Positions 13,412 to 25,300 of a DNA stretch of 64,000 nt are shown piece by piece (positions within the stretch are counted from its first letter, which is position 1; each line of letters starts with the position of its first letter). Source of the stretch: Gordius albopunctatus (lineage: Eukaryota). The notes beneath the pieces were generated by a model, which saw only the letters and a list, made by a program, of their open reading frames with translations, had not been told where the DNA came from and did not search any database. Location of the stretch: positions 17,980,001-18,044,000 of the forward strand of contig OZ193909.1 of assembly GCA_964276515.1 (NCBI GenBank), in the 5' to 3' direction. The translations under genes and the position numbers were made by a program.

Positions 13412-15281
13412 TCTATATATATATCTAAGTCTCTTTTTTTGAACGCTAATAACTTTTAGAGTTCTCAACCGATTGCCACCAAATTTAGCTAGATTATTGC
13501 CTTAGCATAACCCTGTTTTTTGGTAGTCTACATCGCCATCTAGCGGATTATTTATACTACGTTTTTTATACTTATTTATCGTTATGTTGCTACTAATTAC
13601 CTTAACCTTTTTCCACGATTGATTATAAAGACAATAGTTAACCGAAAAACTTGAAATGCAGTTATATCAGTCCATTCAACTGCGGAACGCAATAGTCTAG
13701 GTAGATAATCCTTGTTTTTATGCCCCCCCCCCTTAAATGACAAAAAAATTAAATATGAAAGCCATTAAAATCTTATATTTTGCCCCCCCCCCCCCAATTG
13801 AACTTAAATTTGAATCAACTGGGTATGCCTGTATTATGTCGATCTGCTGCTGCTCCCTTTTATATAGACTTACATCGTAAACAAAAATACAACCAAGATG
13901 ATCTTTTGTCTTTCATCCGATCTAATATTCCAATGATAGCGACGCAACAAAAAGACATTTACAATAAGATTTTGCTTGCTGTTAATAAAGGTTATGGAGA
14001 AGTCTTCTTCTTAGATGCTTGAGGAGTAACTGGTAAAACTTTCCTACTGACATTGCTCTGGCAACTATTCGTTCCCAAATTAATATAGCCGTGGCTCTAG
14101 CGTCTTCCAGAAGAGCTGTAACATAATTACACGGTAGAAAAACTGCTCATCAAACATAAAAATTGACTTTAAACGCTTATTATTGTGAAACTCTAATGTG
14201 CAACATTTCCAGAACATATGGAATGGTTAGAGTATTACAGAAGTGCAAACTTATCGTTTGGGATGAATGCACAATGGATTATATCGCTCTAATCGGTAAT
14301 CGCAAGATTTACAAAGAACCCTCAAACCCGTTGGTAACGCAAGGTGATTGCTTGCAGGAGATTTCAGGCAAACTAGACCGGTTCTCTTACGTCCACCCCT
14401 GCGGACAAAATTAATGCCTGCCTAAGATATTATATTTTGGTGCCTTATGTCAAAACATTAAATTTAACTACTAATATGCGTGTAGTATTTCAAATATTTA
14501 TTGCACCCCTCTAATTCCAATGCTGGCTACTATTATAAATATACTATAAGTCCCTTTCTAAACTTTAACTACACTTGCAGGTCTAAACCTATTATATCAA
14601 TTTTTTTACTTTATACTTTTTAAGTCATTATCTTTATACTGGTTTTTATTATGATCATAACTCACCTATAACACCTTCACCTGATCAAAGTTTTACTAGG
14701 TATAACGATATAACTATATTTCAAACTTTTTTTCTCATGCATAAATATTTCGCTTCCATTATACTCGCGGAAATTTGTATAATTTCTAATTATTTCTCTG
14801 TTCAACCAAATATTATAAAAGCCTTCATTTAACCGAATATGGACGAGATATATTAATATGTCTCCAATTTGATATAATAGTTTTTAGGCTATGACATTAC
14901 ACTACTATAAACACTTTACTAAATTATTTTTTATACATTGTCTAACATTATAAGTAACTTTTATACACAAGTGCAGTGGTTTATAAATTTTTGTTACCCA
15001 ACTATGTATATTATCGTTAAAATCGCACTTTTCAACATATGTACAAATAAACAACATATAAATATTAAAAAAAAAAAAAAAAAAAAAAAATTAACAAATA
15101 CCTTATAAGTATTTTAAACTATTACAAATCTATTTAAGTATAAATAAGTATACCTTTTCCTATATTTTTTTACATCATAAACGATTGACCCAAAATTTTT
15201 CATAAATTTTTCATTAATACACACTAATTATTTAGATAATTAAGGACTAAGCCAAAGCAACGCTTGGCCGGGCACAGCTAG
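13412..15281 (+). mobile_element. Helitron with degraded PIF1-type helicase segment
   Basis: Starts a|TCtatatatata and ends gcaacgcttggccgggcacagCTAG|t. Internal broken motifs FFLDA*GVTGKTF, LIVWDECTM and AGDFRQTRPV (13780-14480). Confidence 0.88.
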
Positions 15282-15351
15282 TATTAATATAATTGTAGAA
15301 ATGACTACTTGTAATTATTGCCAATCCACTCCAAGACATAAGAAACTAATT

Positions 15352-16352
15352 TGTAGAGGATTTCTACATTATTAATATATAAATGAAATATAATAATCTC
15401 TATCGTTAAACATTAGTTTATATACCATTGTATCGAGGTTAATATGAATAACATTATAAAATCGCCGTAAGAAGAAGTGTGAATAGAGTGATATCCAAGT
15501 CATAAAGATACCAGTATTATAATTAGGAAATACCATATTACCCCCTCTTCCTATTTGCATGGAGTGCAAAAAATAAAGGGATAAGGTGAGTGTGATGGTT
15601 GAGGTGTGAATGATGGTTGGTAGTGATTAGAACCTTGGTAGTGGTAGTAGTAATTGTTTTGCCGAACGTAGTCTTTGCTCGTTGCAATAGACCATGTTGT
15701 GTTGGTTGTGTTGAGATGTGTTTTGAAATTAGGACCGTATGCAGAGCAGTGGACAATTTGAACGTTCGACAGGTGTTGTTGTTGATTCTGTAGAAGTGTA
15801 GTATGGGATCATGGTTTTCGTCGTCGTAACACTCAAGTAGGTAGGCAGATTTTATCTTTCACAGCAGTGGAACACATATGATTCGAGTTTTGCATTCAGA
15901 TGTTGAAGTTGGTTGACTCGATCGTGTCTTTACAATATTTGTATGGTATGCCGGATTGATAAGGTAGTGCCTTATATCTGAGTTGTATTGTTTTAACGAA
16001 GAAAACCAAAATACCATTTATAAAGGGGCTATTATGGGGGAAAAAATGTAGAGTTGGGGTTATAAATGTATGGGGGAGAAATAATAAAAAAAAATATTCA
16101 GCTCCCCCGAAAAAGTGGGGTCACCAAATGTAGAGGATTTCTACATTATTAATATATAAATGAAATATTATAATGATCTCTATCTTTAAACATTCGTTTA
16201 TATACCATTGTATCGAGGTTACTATGAATAACTTTATTAAGTCGCCGAAAGATATTCAAATTTTCAATGAGTGTGAATAGAGTAAGAAGAAGTGTGATTA
16301 GAGTGAAATCCAAATCATAAAGATACCAGTATTAAAATTAGGAAATACCATA
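15352..16352 (-). mobile_element. Non-coding miniature LTR retroelement (TRIM-like), copy 1
   Basis: Direct repeats at 15352-15537 and 16129-16352 (the second has an internal insertion). 4-bp TSD AATT (15348-15351 / 16353-16356). Minus-strand PBS TGGTGACCCC (16117-16126, tRNA-Trp type) and polypurine tract ggaagagggggtaa abutting the other LTR. Confidence 0.9.
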
Positions 16353-16904
16353 AATTATTCACAATAAGAAAAATCTTATAAATTACCCTTGTTCAAGCTA
16401 AAAGGGGTGGGGTTTCGCACTAATATTTTCTAATATCCAAGAGGAAACAAGATAGCAATTCAATCGAATAAGGGGCTTAGGCAGTTTAAAACTGTAGGAT
16501 TTCATATAAAAATTAAAGAAAAGCAATTTGTTTGAGTGGAGATGTCTAATTTTTAATGAAAAATATATCATTTGTTCTATATTATAAAATCAAGTATAGA
16601 TGGCGCTTAAACTATAATTTTTAATATCATTGAGTAAATGTTTTTATTGGCTATTTCTTAGTATTTTTCTCCTTAAACCATAGGCTAATATAACTAAACA
16701 ATAGTTTTTTTAAGTCTCAGTCTTAAAGTTATACAAATATTATAATAATAATTTGCATAGCAATTAATAATAATAGTAATCTAAAAATATAAGGCTTTTT
16801 GCAATGTACTGTAGTCGTTGGTCTTATATTTTATTAACGCTGTAAAGGAATAATAATGTGATTAATTTTTCATATAAAACTTACGTGTATTAAATAAAAA
16901 TTCC

Positions 16905-19900
16905 GTTTCCTTAATTGATCCAGGTGTCGGTGGTACTTTTTTCCCTACCGTGCTTGGCTTTTATCGTACCTTCTACCCATTTGCTTGATCCCACAAACAT
17001 GCGTACCCAAACCATTTCTCCTACGTTAAACATCCGCGGGTTCCCGGTTTCTAACCATTGTTGTGGTACGGTTTCTCTCAATACCTCCCATTCGGTTCGC
17101 ATACGCCTTTTTAGCATCACCTCCACTGGGATTTTATTGGTTGTGGGGTGTTTTGTCGATCTGTATTCTGTAGTTTTCCAAAAATCTACTTAGCCCTACT
17201 TCCGACTCGTTTCTAATAATGGCTTGTTTAAATAATCGTACATACCTTTCTGGCAGACCGTTAGACGCAGGATGGTAAGAGGCTGTCCATCGCTGATTAA
17301 TCCCTCTCATCTGGCAAAAATTCTCTAATTCCTGCCCTTTGAATTGCGAACCGTTATCTGATATTAACCACGGTGGATTTCCAAATCTAGCAAACATTTA
17401 GGCAAGTTTTTTTATAATGGTGGTTGCTATGGTGTCTTCTAATTTAAACGCCTCTACCCATTTCGAGCTATTGTCCACCATCAACAGGTATGACTTACAC
17501 TTAAGAGGACCCATGATATCGATATGTACTTGAACCCCGGGTCTATGGCTAGGTTTACACATGTATCTTTTTTGCCGCCATGGCTGTGTAATTGCGATTC
17601 CGGCACCCTTTCGCTACGCTCAATAAGTCATCGTCGAGCGTAGGCCACCATATATCCTGCCCACTACTTCTTGCATTCGCTTGATACCCACGTGGCCCCA
17701 TGTAGCCTTTGGAGTACCGCTCTTCTTAACTTAGCCGGATTAATATTCGTCGCTTTTTGTAAAATATTATGTTTTTTGCTTCATATAATTTTGGCAGGTG
17801 TTTTTCGTAGGCGCGTTTTAGGCCATAAGTGATCATTCTGTTTTGTTTATCTCTAATCCACTCTTTAAACTGACGTAGCCCCGGATCGTCCAAGGTGTGT
17901 TGTCTCACCACGTCCAATGATTTAAATGGATTTGTCGAGTCTTCTGGCATTTCCTAGTTAACATAATACGCGTTTTCGTTCGGTTTTCTGGACAGGAAAT
18001 CTGCCGCGTTTTTGGTTACCTTGTTGTACAAATAATTGGTCATGTAGCCTGATACCATGAGCGCCCACCTAGTTAGACGTGGTGGCCATTGTTCCTTGCC
18101 ACTTTTGCTCTGATCAAATATATATACTAGCTGTCTATGATTCGTCATAATAGTAACGCTTCGTCCTTGTATTATTAATTGAACTTTTTTAGTCCATAGA
18201 CCACCGCTAGCACCTCTCGTTCAATCGTCGAATATCGTCTTTCACTATCGTTTAACGCTCTTGAAGTATAGGTCACCACTCTCCAATTCTCACCTGGTGC
18301 TCGTTGCTGTAAGATAGCCCCTAATCCTGTCCCAGAGGCGTCTACGACCAGGCCATTCTCCCAATCTCGCTAGTACGGGGGCCTTTGTAAACGCGGACTT
18401 GATGGCGTCAAATGCGCCTTGTTGTTTTCCACCCTAGTGGTACGTCACGTTCTTTTTCATGAGTTTTTGAATAGGATGCACGATTTTGGCGTAGTCCTTA
18501 ATGAACTTTGAAAAATATGCTGTTAACTCAAGGAAAGATTTTATTTCATTTTTTTATTAAATTTTTCCACTGCACGACTAGTTCGGCTTTATTGTTGTTA
18601 ATTTGAATCCCCTTGTTACTTATTACACATCCCAAAAATATTACTTTCTTAGCCCACAAGATGCTCTTGGAAATGTTTGACACGGAGCCCCCTTTTGTAA
18701 CGTTTCTAGTTCTTTGAGTAGCCGCTCGTTGTGGATTTCTTCCGTTTTCTCGGCAATTAGTATATTGTTGATGTATACCGCTACTCCCTTCATGCCTCCT
18801 AATATTTGATACATTGTTTTTTGGAAAATCGCCGTGGCATAATTTAAGCCAAATGGCATACAGTTAACTTTAAACAAGCCTTTGTGCATGGAGATAGTGA
18901 ATCATTGGCTCGTCTCTGGACCTAATTCAAGATGTAGGTACGCTTTAGTTAGGTCCAGCTTCGTAAAACAACACGCGTTATCAAGTTTATTTAACAAATC
19001 ATCGATTTTGGGTAAGGGGTACAACAAACCTTGTGCGTATTTATTTATCGTAAACCGGTAATCGATGCATAATCTTATTCCCCCAACGTTTTTTTATGGG
19101 TACCACTGGACTGGCCCATCCTGAGAAATCGATTGGTTCTATTACCCCGTCTCTGATCCATTTATTCAGCTCTTCTTCTACTTGAGTTCGTAAGTTAGTA
19201 AGAAGTATTTTAAACTCCTTTATATAATCGCGGATTAATTGAATAGATCAATTACATTTAGTGGTGAATCTGCGAGCTATATTTGATTGGTCAATTAGCG
19301 TCGCGAAGCTAAGGTCATGTAAATGAGTCCATTAAGTTTCAAATCAATTAAGGCAATGTATGCAACACTACACTTCCACCGTTATTCCCTTGACTGCTTT
19401 TGGGAATTCGTTTCGCTGGCCATCACATTGCTTCATCACGTGCTGGATGGCAGACTTGGTATCCTTCGGTCTTTCCACGTAATTGACCGAGAACCGTTCC
19501 GCCGCAGCTTTCTAGTTCCAACGTATGTCGCCAATGTTGGATCCAATCGATCCCGCACAACGGCGGCCCAGCTACGTCTGCTAACAATAACGACAGCTGC
19601 TTCCTCGTGTTACCTATTCGGACATTACCTTACACTTTGGCTACAATCTTTATTTCCTCGTGGCCGTATGCGTACACCATCGGGACCGACTCTTTGTTGA
19701 GTGGGATCTCCTTCGCCCATCTTCGCGCCCGTATTATTGATACCGTGGCGCCCGTATGAAGATACATTAGAACAACTCGTTATTAATATATATATCTACT
19801 GTTAACACATCTAAAGCATGGTTTAACCTGGGATTCCGGACCGACCCAGGCTACGCTTCTCGTCTCCCCACTACGCTCCACGCCACTTCGAACCCGTCCT

Positions 19901-20460
19901 GCAAGGTGCTTAGCCCCCTATTCATTGTCTCGGTCGTTAATGCCAGCTCTCGTAGCCGGTCCCATTTGATGTCATTTTCTGCCAACAGTCTTGCCTGTAA
20001 GCTTCTATCGCGTAATCCTATAGTGAATTGGTCAACAATCCTGTTCTGAAATTCTTCGTTTCCAAAGTTGCAGCTGTTAGCTCCGGCCTTGAGTCTATTT
20101 ACGGACGCGTCTATCGTCTCTTCCTGGCCTTGTCGAAACTTTGAGAATTTATACGTATTTGCCCTGGCCCATGAATTCCTCTGGAATAATTTTCCTAGCC
20201 GATTTTTAGCTTCTTTATAAGCAATTCTTGTCAAATCCTGAGGTCTATAGTCCTCTAAAATTAATTGGAATGCCTCCCCATCGAAGCTGGTTAACATTAG
20301 AGCCGCTTTTTGCTCGTCTGTCTCAGGCTTATTGTTCCTTAGGAATAGCTCAAATTGTGTTATAAAAGCGTCGATGTTCTCCGTTATTTTATGCTTCTGC
20401 ATCTCCGCATAGGTTTCTTTATCACGATGCCACTGTTAAGAGCGGGAAAATAATGTCCAA
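16905..20460 (-). mobile_element. Decayed Ty3/Gypsy LTR retrotransposon (gag, RT, RNase H, integrase)
   Basis: Gag-like ORF 19851-20402. RT motifs QVEEEL..W...GVIEP...SGWASP, MPFGL..ATAIFQ and YINNI (degenerate YIDD). RNase H DASGTGLGA and YSTIERE. Integrase ISDNGSQF...YHPASNG..ER. Many stops and frameshifts. Confidence 0.93.
19193..19808. mobile_element. Probable solo LTR replacing the Gypsy zinc-knuckle/protease region
   Basis: Non-coding block with ends (a/t)gttagtaga ... tctactgttaaca. On the minus strand gag breaks off at KPCFRC and RT resumes at LRTQVEEE exactly at its borders. No TSD seen. Confidence 0.5.
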
Positions 20461-20749
20461 AACACGTTATGAAAGGATATCACAATAGTAAGAATCAATA
20501 TCGTATATACAAAAATGACTATATACGCTGAAACCAATTAACGGTAATTTAATTGTCACTTGAGGCATTAGCAGTAACATTTTACCATTCAGTATTTTGC
20601 TTATCGCCAGAGGCACTTCACACTCAATTACCTCTCTACAAAAATGGTGACAAATTGTTATACAATTTTTTTTATGAATACCAATTCGATCATCAATACG
20701 TCTAGGCATGTGACAAAGGCCTTTTTTTAATGGGACTACACCTGTATTA

Positions 20750-21075
20750 ATCTGTATGTACCCTCACAATACTCATGATTCCCTAGAATCGGCAGAGCAT
20801 CGTAAATCCATAAAATACTAAGTTATCAGGATGCTCGGGGACATTGGAAAGAGTGCTTTAAATTTTTTGAAGAACTTAATAAACGCGCACCTCTTTCAAA
20901 AATTTGGAATAGTTATCTACTAGACAATCAATCGCCATTGCCGTATTCTTAAAGAAGATAAAGAAATGGATAATGCCTTTAAATAATTTTTTTTTAAATA
21001 TTTTCGCTCTTGTATCCTTTAATTTATTGTCATTATAAAATTAATACGTTTCATAATAAAACATTTTTTATATAA
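20750..21075 (+). mobile_element. CRE-like non-LTR 3' end fragment
   Basis: AEHRKSIKY...GCSG..GKSAL.F...RQSIAIA remnants parallel 40380-40735, followed by aataaa and a T-rich tail. Confidence 0.5.
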
Positions 21076-22331
21076 AACAAATCAAATAACTATAGTTTTT
21101 TTGGTAAAAGAATGTTTAAAATGTCTAAAAAATGATTTTATAAATATATTCTTATGCAAAAACAAAATACTGATATTTAAAATAGTGCAATTTTCACAAA
21201 ATAGTCCATAGTGACTTGAAAGTATAAATTTGAAGCAATTATACAAATATTTGTATCTTGGCTTATTGAAAAAATATGCTTTCATAAAATTATTCATGGT
21301 GATCTATATTTACAAAATTATATTAGAAAAGGATCATTGGATTGATTGTGGCTATATTTAAATTGTTTTAATATGTAATATTTGATACAATATTGCACAT
21401 AGCCTTTCTACTTTACTCATACCCTTTAGTATATTTTAGAGATATATTTTTCTATACCACTAATTTAATTATTTTGTCTGGGCTAATTCCTTATCACTAA
21501 AATTAACATCGTTTTCTGTGTAGCATATTCATTATTCAAGATACTTTCATACTAAAATAATAACATATCCAGAAAAGTGATGATATTATTAGATTTTTAT
21601 ATTAGATACATCATGTATACTTCTTGAACACAAATTAAACCCTCTCTTGGCTTCTGAATTTTATGATTATAAGCATTCATAGTATCATAACTCATGTTAA
21701 CGATAGGATAGATAACCATAAAAATATTTGTTTTGATAGTCAATGCTTAATTAGGTTTGGATATACAAATGTAAGCCAACAACGGCAATTTTTCAAAATT
21801 AAAAAAATTAAGTGAGGGCACTTGTGGCATATATAAGTCTAAAATTTTTGTATTTAAATTAAATTTATATTAGCATATTGAAAATCATATTACAATACAT
21901 CCTTCTTAAATTTTTATATATGATTTTGTTTTAAAATTTTATTATAATATCTTAAGGTTTTAAAATTGATGTTAACTTTTAAAATAAGTTTATTTCTTTG
22001 AGGAATGAGGAATGCATTCGAAGTTTAAGTAACGAATTGCACGTTATATCATTTTTAAATTTAATCCACTATTACAGGCAAGACAATTTAAAAGATGTCA
22101 CTTAATCACAATAAAAACTTATAAAATATCATTTCTACATCTTGAATTTATATCCAATATAAGTCAATTTGATATAAAAATATTGTTATTTGTGCTGATA
22201 GTTAAATATTTTTGTGATATAGTATATTTTTTACAGTTTCTTTAACTCAATAAAGGTGTCATATCTTAGTTAAATCTATATTTTAGTTGTTAAAGTTTTT
22301 AATTATTTTTTTAACGCAGATTTTTTGACAA

Positions 22332-25300
22332 ATGGAAAGACGACACAAGTCTCACGCAAAGGTATCAGAAAATGGCAATTATATTGAGAAATTGGATGAA
22401 AAAGAAAAATTGCATGCTTCATGGGGGAGGCACACAAAATCTTCCAGTACAGTAGCATGTTGGCTTTCTTTTTTCAACACATTAGCTATTCTCACTCTAT
22501 GCCCTATACTTGTTGTTTATTATTGGATCTCCTGTGCACATTTTCAATGTGAATTAATAACACCAGTTAAATATCTACACAACTTGGGCTTTAAAAATTT
22601 TAGAAAACTTTATGGGCCACCAATTGATCATGTTGCTTTTATAGCATTAGGATTTTGGTATCTCTTTCAGGCATTCCTTTATTGGTTTTTGCCAGGACCT
22701 AAAGTTGCTGGTCAATTAACACCTGCTGGACATTTACCCATGTATAAGGTAATTTGTTTACTAAAACTCATATACATTATAAATCAAGGATATAGTTGAT
22801 TTATTAAGTAAAGGAAAATTTAGTTGTACAATTTTATTAATGGAATAATATAATTTTTAATTTTTTTATCATATGTGTTAAAATAACTTTTTACTTTTTG
22901 AAGTCTCTAAATGAAATTATCTTGAAATATTTATTAAACTTAATAATAAAAATTGGCAAGTATTAAGACATTTTTATTTAATAAAACAAAGTTCTGTACT
23001 TTGACCTCAAATGTCAAATCTTATCAGGAAATTTAAATATTTAAAAAAATGTAAAATTTATAGTGAGTAAAGGCAGTATAAATTTTGTCAAGGGGATAGA
23101 TTAGGATCAACTAAAATATCCATCCAAATCAATAACTATGACTTTTGGCCATCTTAAAAATTATCTTTTTAAACTTTGTGCCCAAAATATTTTAACTTAA
23201 CACACAAGTTCCCATATATTATATTTCCTTATTTAATTTGGTGACTTTAATATTTATTGTTAACATGAAGTCCCCCCCCCATAAAAGTCTTTTAGTTTAT
23301 AATTCTAATTTTGAATAAGAACACAGAAGCCAATTAAATTTAATGCAGCAATTTTTGAGATAAAATAACATTTAAAGGGTAGATTAAATGTATAAATATA
23401 TTTTTTGAGGGTTGCTTGAAGCCATGGGCGTAGTCAGCATTATGATTAAAAGGGGAAATAATGATTTAGGGATGGGCAAAATGATCATTTTTAGGCATAA
23501 TTTTAATAAATCGAGACAAAATTATGGTTTAGAAGGGGGCAGCCGCCCCCCCTGGCTATGCCTATAATGTTGCTCCAAACAAACCATTGTATTCAGCCAT
23601 ATTAAATACCTACTACAGTCGAAACTTCTTAATCGCAAATCGGATTATCGCGAAGTTAACCGCCATTTTGTTTTTTTCCAAACGATAATATTAACAAAAA
23701 CATCGTTTATTGACAAATCGCTTAATAGTACAATATCGGATATTCACAAACATTTTCGAGTCCTTAAATAAACCATACAATTATATAAAATATCGTTTTA
23801 TTGCGAAGCGTAAGAAATGAATATTTACATTTTCTCTTTTTCCATCGTTTAATCGCGAAATATCGGTTAATCGCGAATTTTTTTGAGGCCCAAGCCTTTG
23901 TAATTAAACGGTTTTGACTGTATCATTAATAACACTATTTAAAACACTCTGTTCCCATTTTAAACTAGATTAGTTGATATTATAAAATTCATTCATATAT
24001 ATTTCCAGGTCAACGGTATATGGGCTTGGCTCCTGTCGCACGTCGTGTTAGCCCTTTACGTGTTCTACTGGCTGTCCACGGCCTCTGACAAACTGAACGC
24101 GCTAACTTTCATAGCAGACCACTGGGGTGGCCTCCTCGTAGCTTGTAACGTCCTAGCTTATTTGCTCTCGACTTTGGTCTACCTCAAGGCTCATTTATGG
24201 CCTTCTGCCCCCACAGAAGATACAAAATGGTCGGAATCCCGTCTTTACGATTTTTTCATGGGAGTAGAACTCAATCCTAGGTCAGTTTATACTATGGTTT
24301 ATACACGTGTTCAATCTATTCACCATTAGTTTCAGCAGCCAATTTTGAAAGATATTTATTTGCAGCAGTTTGGGAAATTAGAGGATGTTACGTTTATTAC
24401 TACGGTTTAAATGTGAAATTTTTTGTTTGTGAGGTAATTTTTCTGAAATTAAGGATTTCATAAATTTGAGAAAAATTCTTTTATTTTCTTTGAAAGTATT
24501 GAGGGTTGCAAAAAATAATATTTATGGGGCCTTTTATGGTTATAATGCAAAGATTTTTGTTTGTGAAGTAATTTTAATGAAATAAAACATTTCATAAATT
24601 TGAGAAAAATGCTTTTATTTTATGTGAAGAAAGCTTATGAAAGTATAGAAAGCTGCGAAAAAATATATATGTGAGGGCTACTATCATCTACATAACCCAC
24701 CTTGGATATTTTACGGGATATTCGCGCGCGATGAACGCGCATATGTTTATTTTTTGTTGCACGGTTTCAAAAGCGTTTTAGTGTTTTCTCAACTTTGCGC
24801 CGCAAAATATCTTATCACAGTTATGGTATTTTTTTGCTTAACAATTTTTGTGGCCAACCGTTTTCCAAGATTCACCGTGGGCTAGGCATTATTATCCGTG
24901 TTTTTGCCTTATTTCAAAGTGGGGAGGCGAGTTAGATAAGCTCTTAATAATGCAAGAACCGGCAAGAATGGTGGGTTTTTGCGGCTGTACATGGGCGTAA
25001 AGGAGGAGGAGAGAGGGGTGTCTGCCCCCCTCTAAATATAAAATTTATGAAAATTATGGCTAAAATTGTATGAGGCCAATATTTAAGCTCCAACACTTTT
25101 GACCCACTTTGGTGCGTTTTTTTAATAACTCGTTTGGTAACGCGTCCTAAAAAATGACTGCAAATTGACATTCGTTTGAAGCGAGTACTCGCCACTTTAT
25201 GTGATGTGCTGTTAATATCGGTCAGCTTGTAATTTTGGACTTGAGTCACACGTACACCACCTACCTTTATGATTAATTGCTTATGCAGATGTTCGTTTTT

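Noticed and set aside
15538..15756. Minus-strand ORFs inside the TRIM interiors (also 53623-53868) as real proteins
   Set aside because: Homologous nucleotide blocks are read in different frames in the two copies and are separated by non-3n indels.
19323..19700. 125-aa + strand ORF as an antisense accessory gene
   Set aside because: It lies inside a GC-richer LTR-like block, has no motifs, and is expected by chance.
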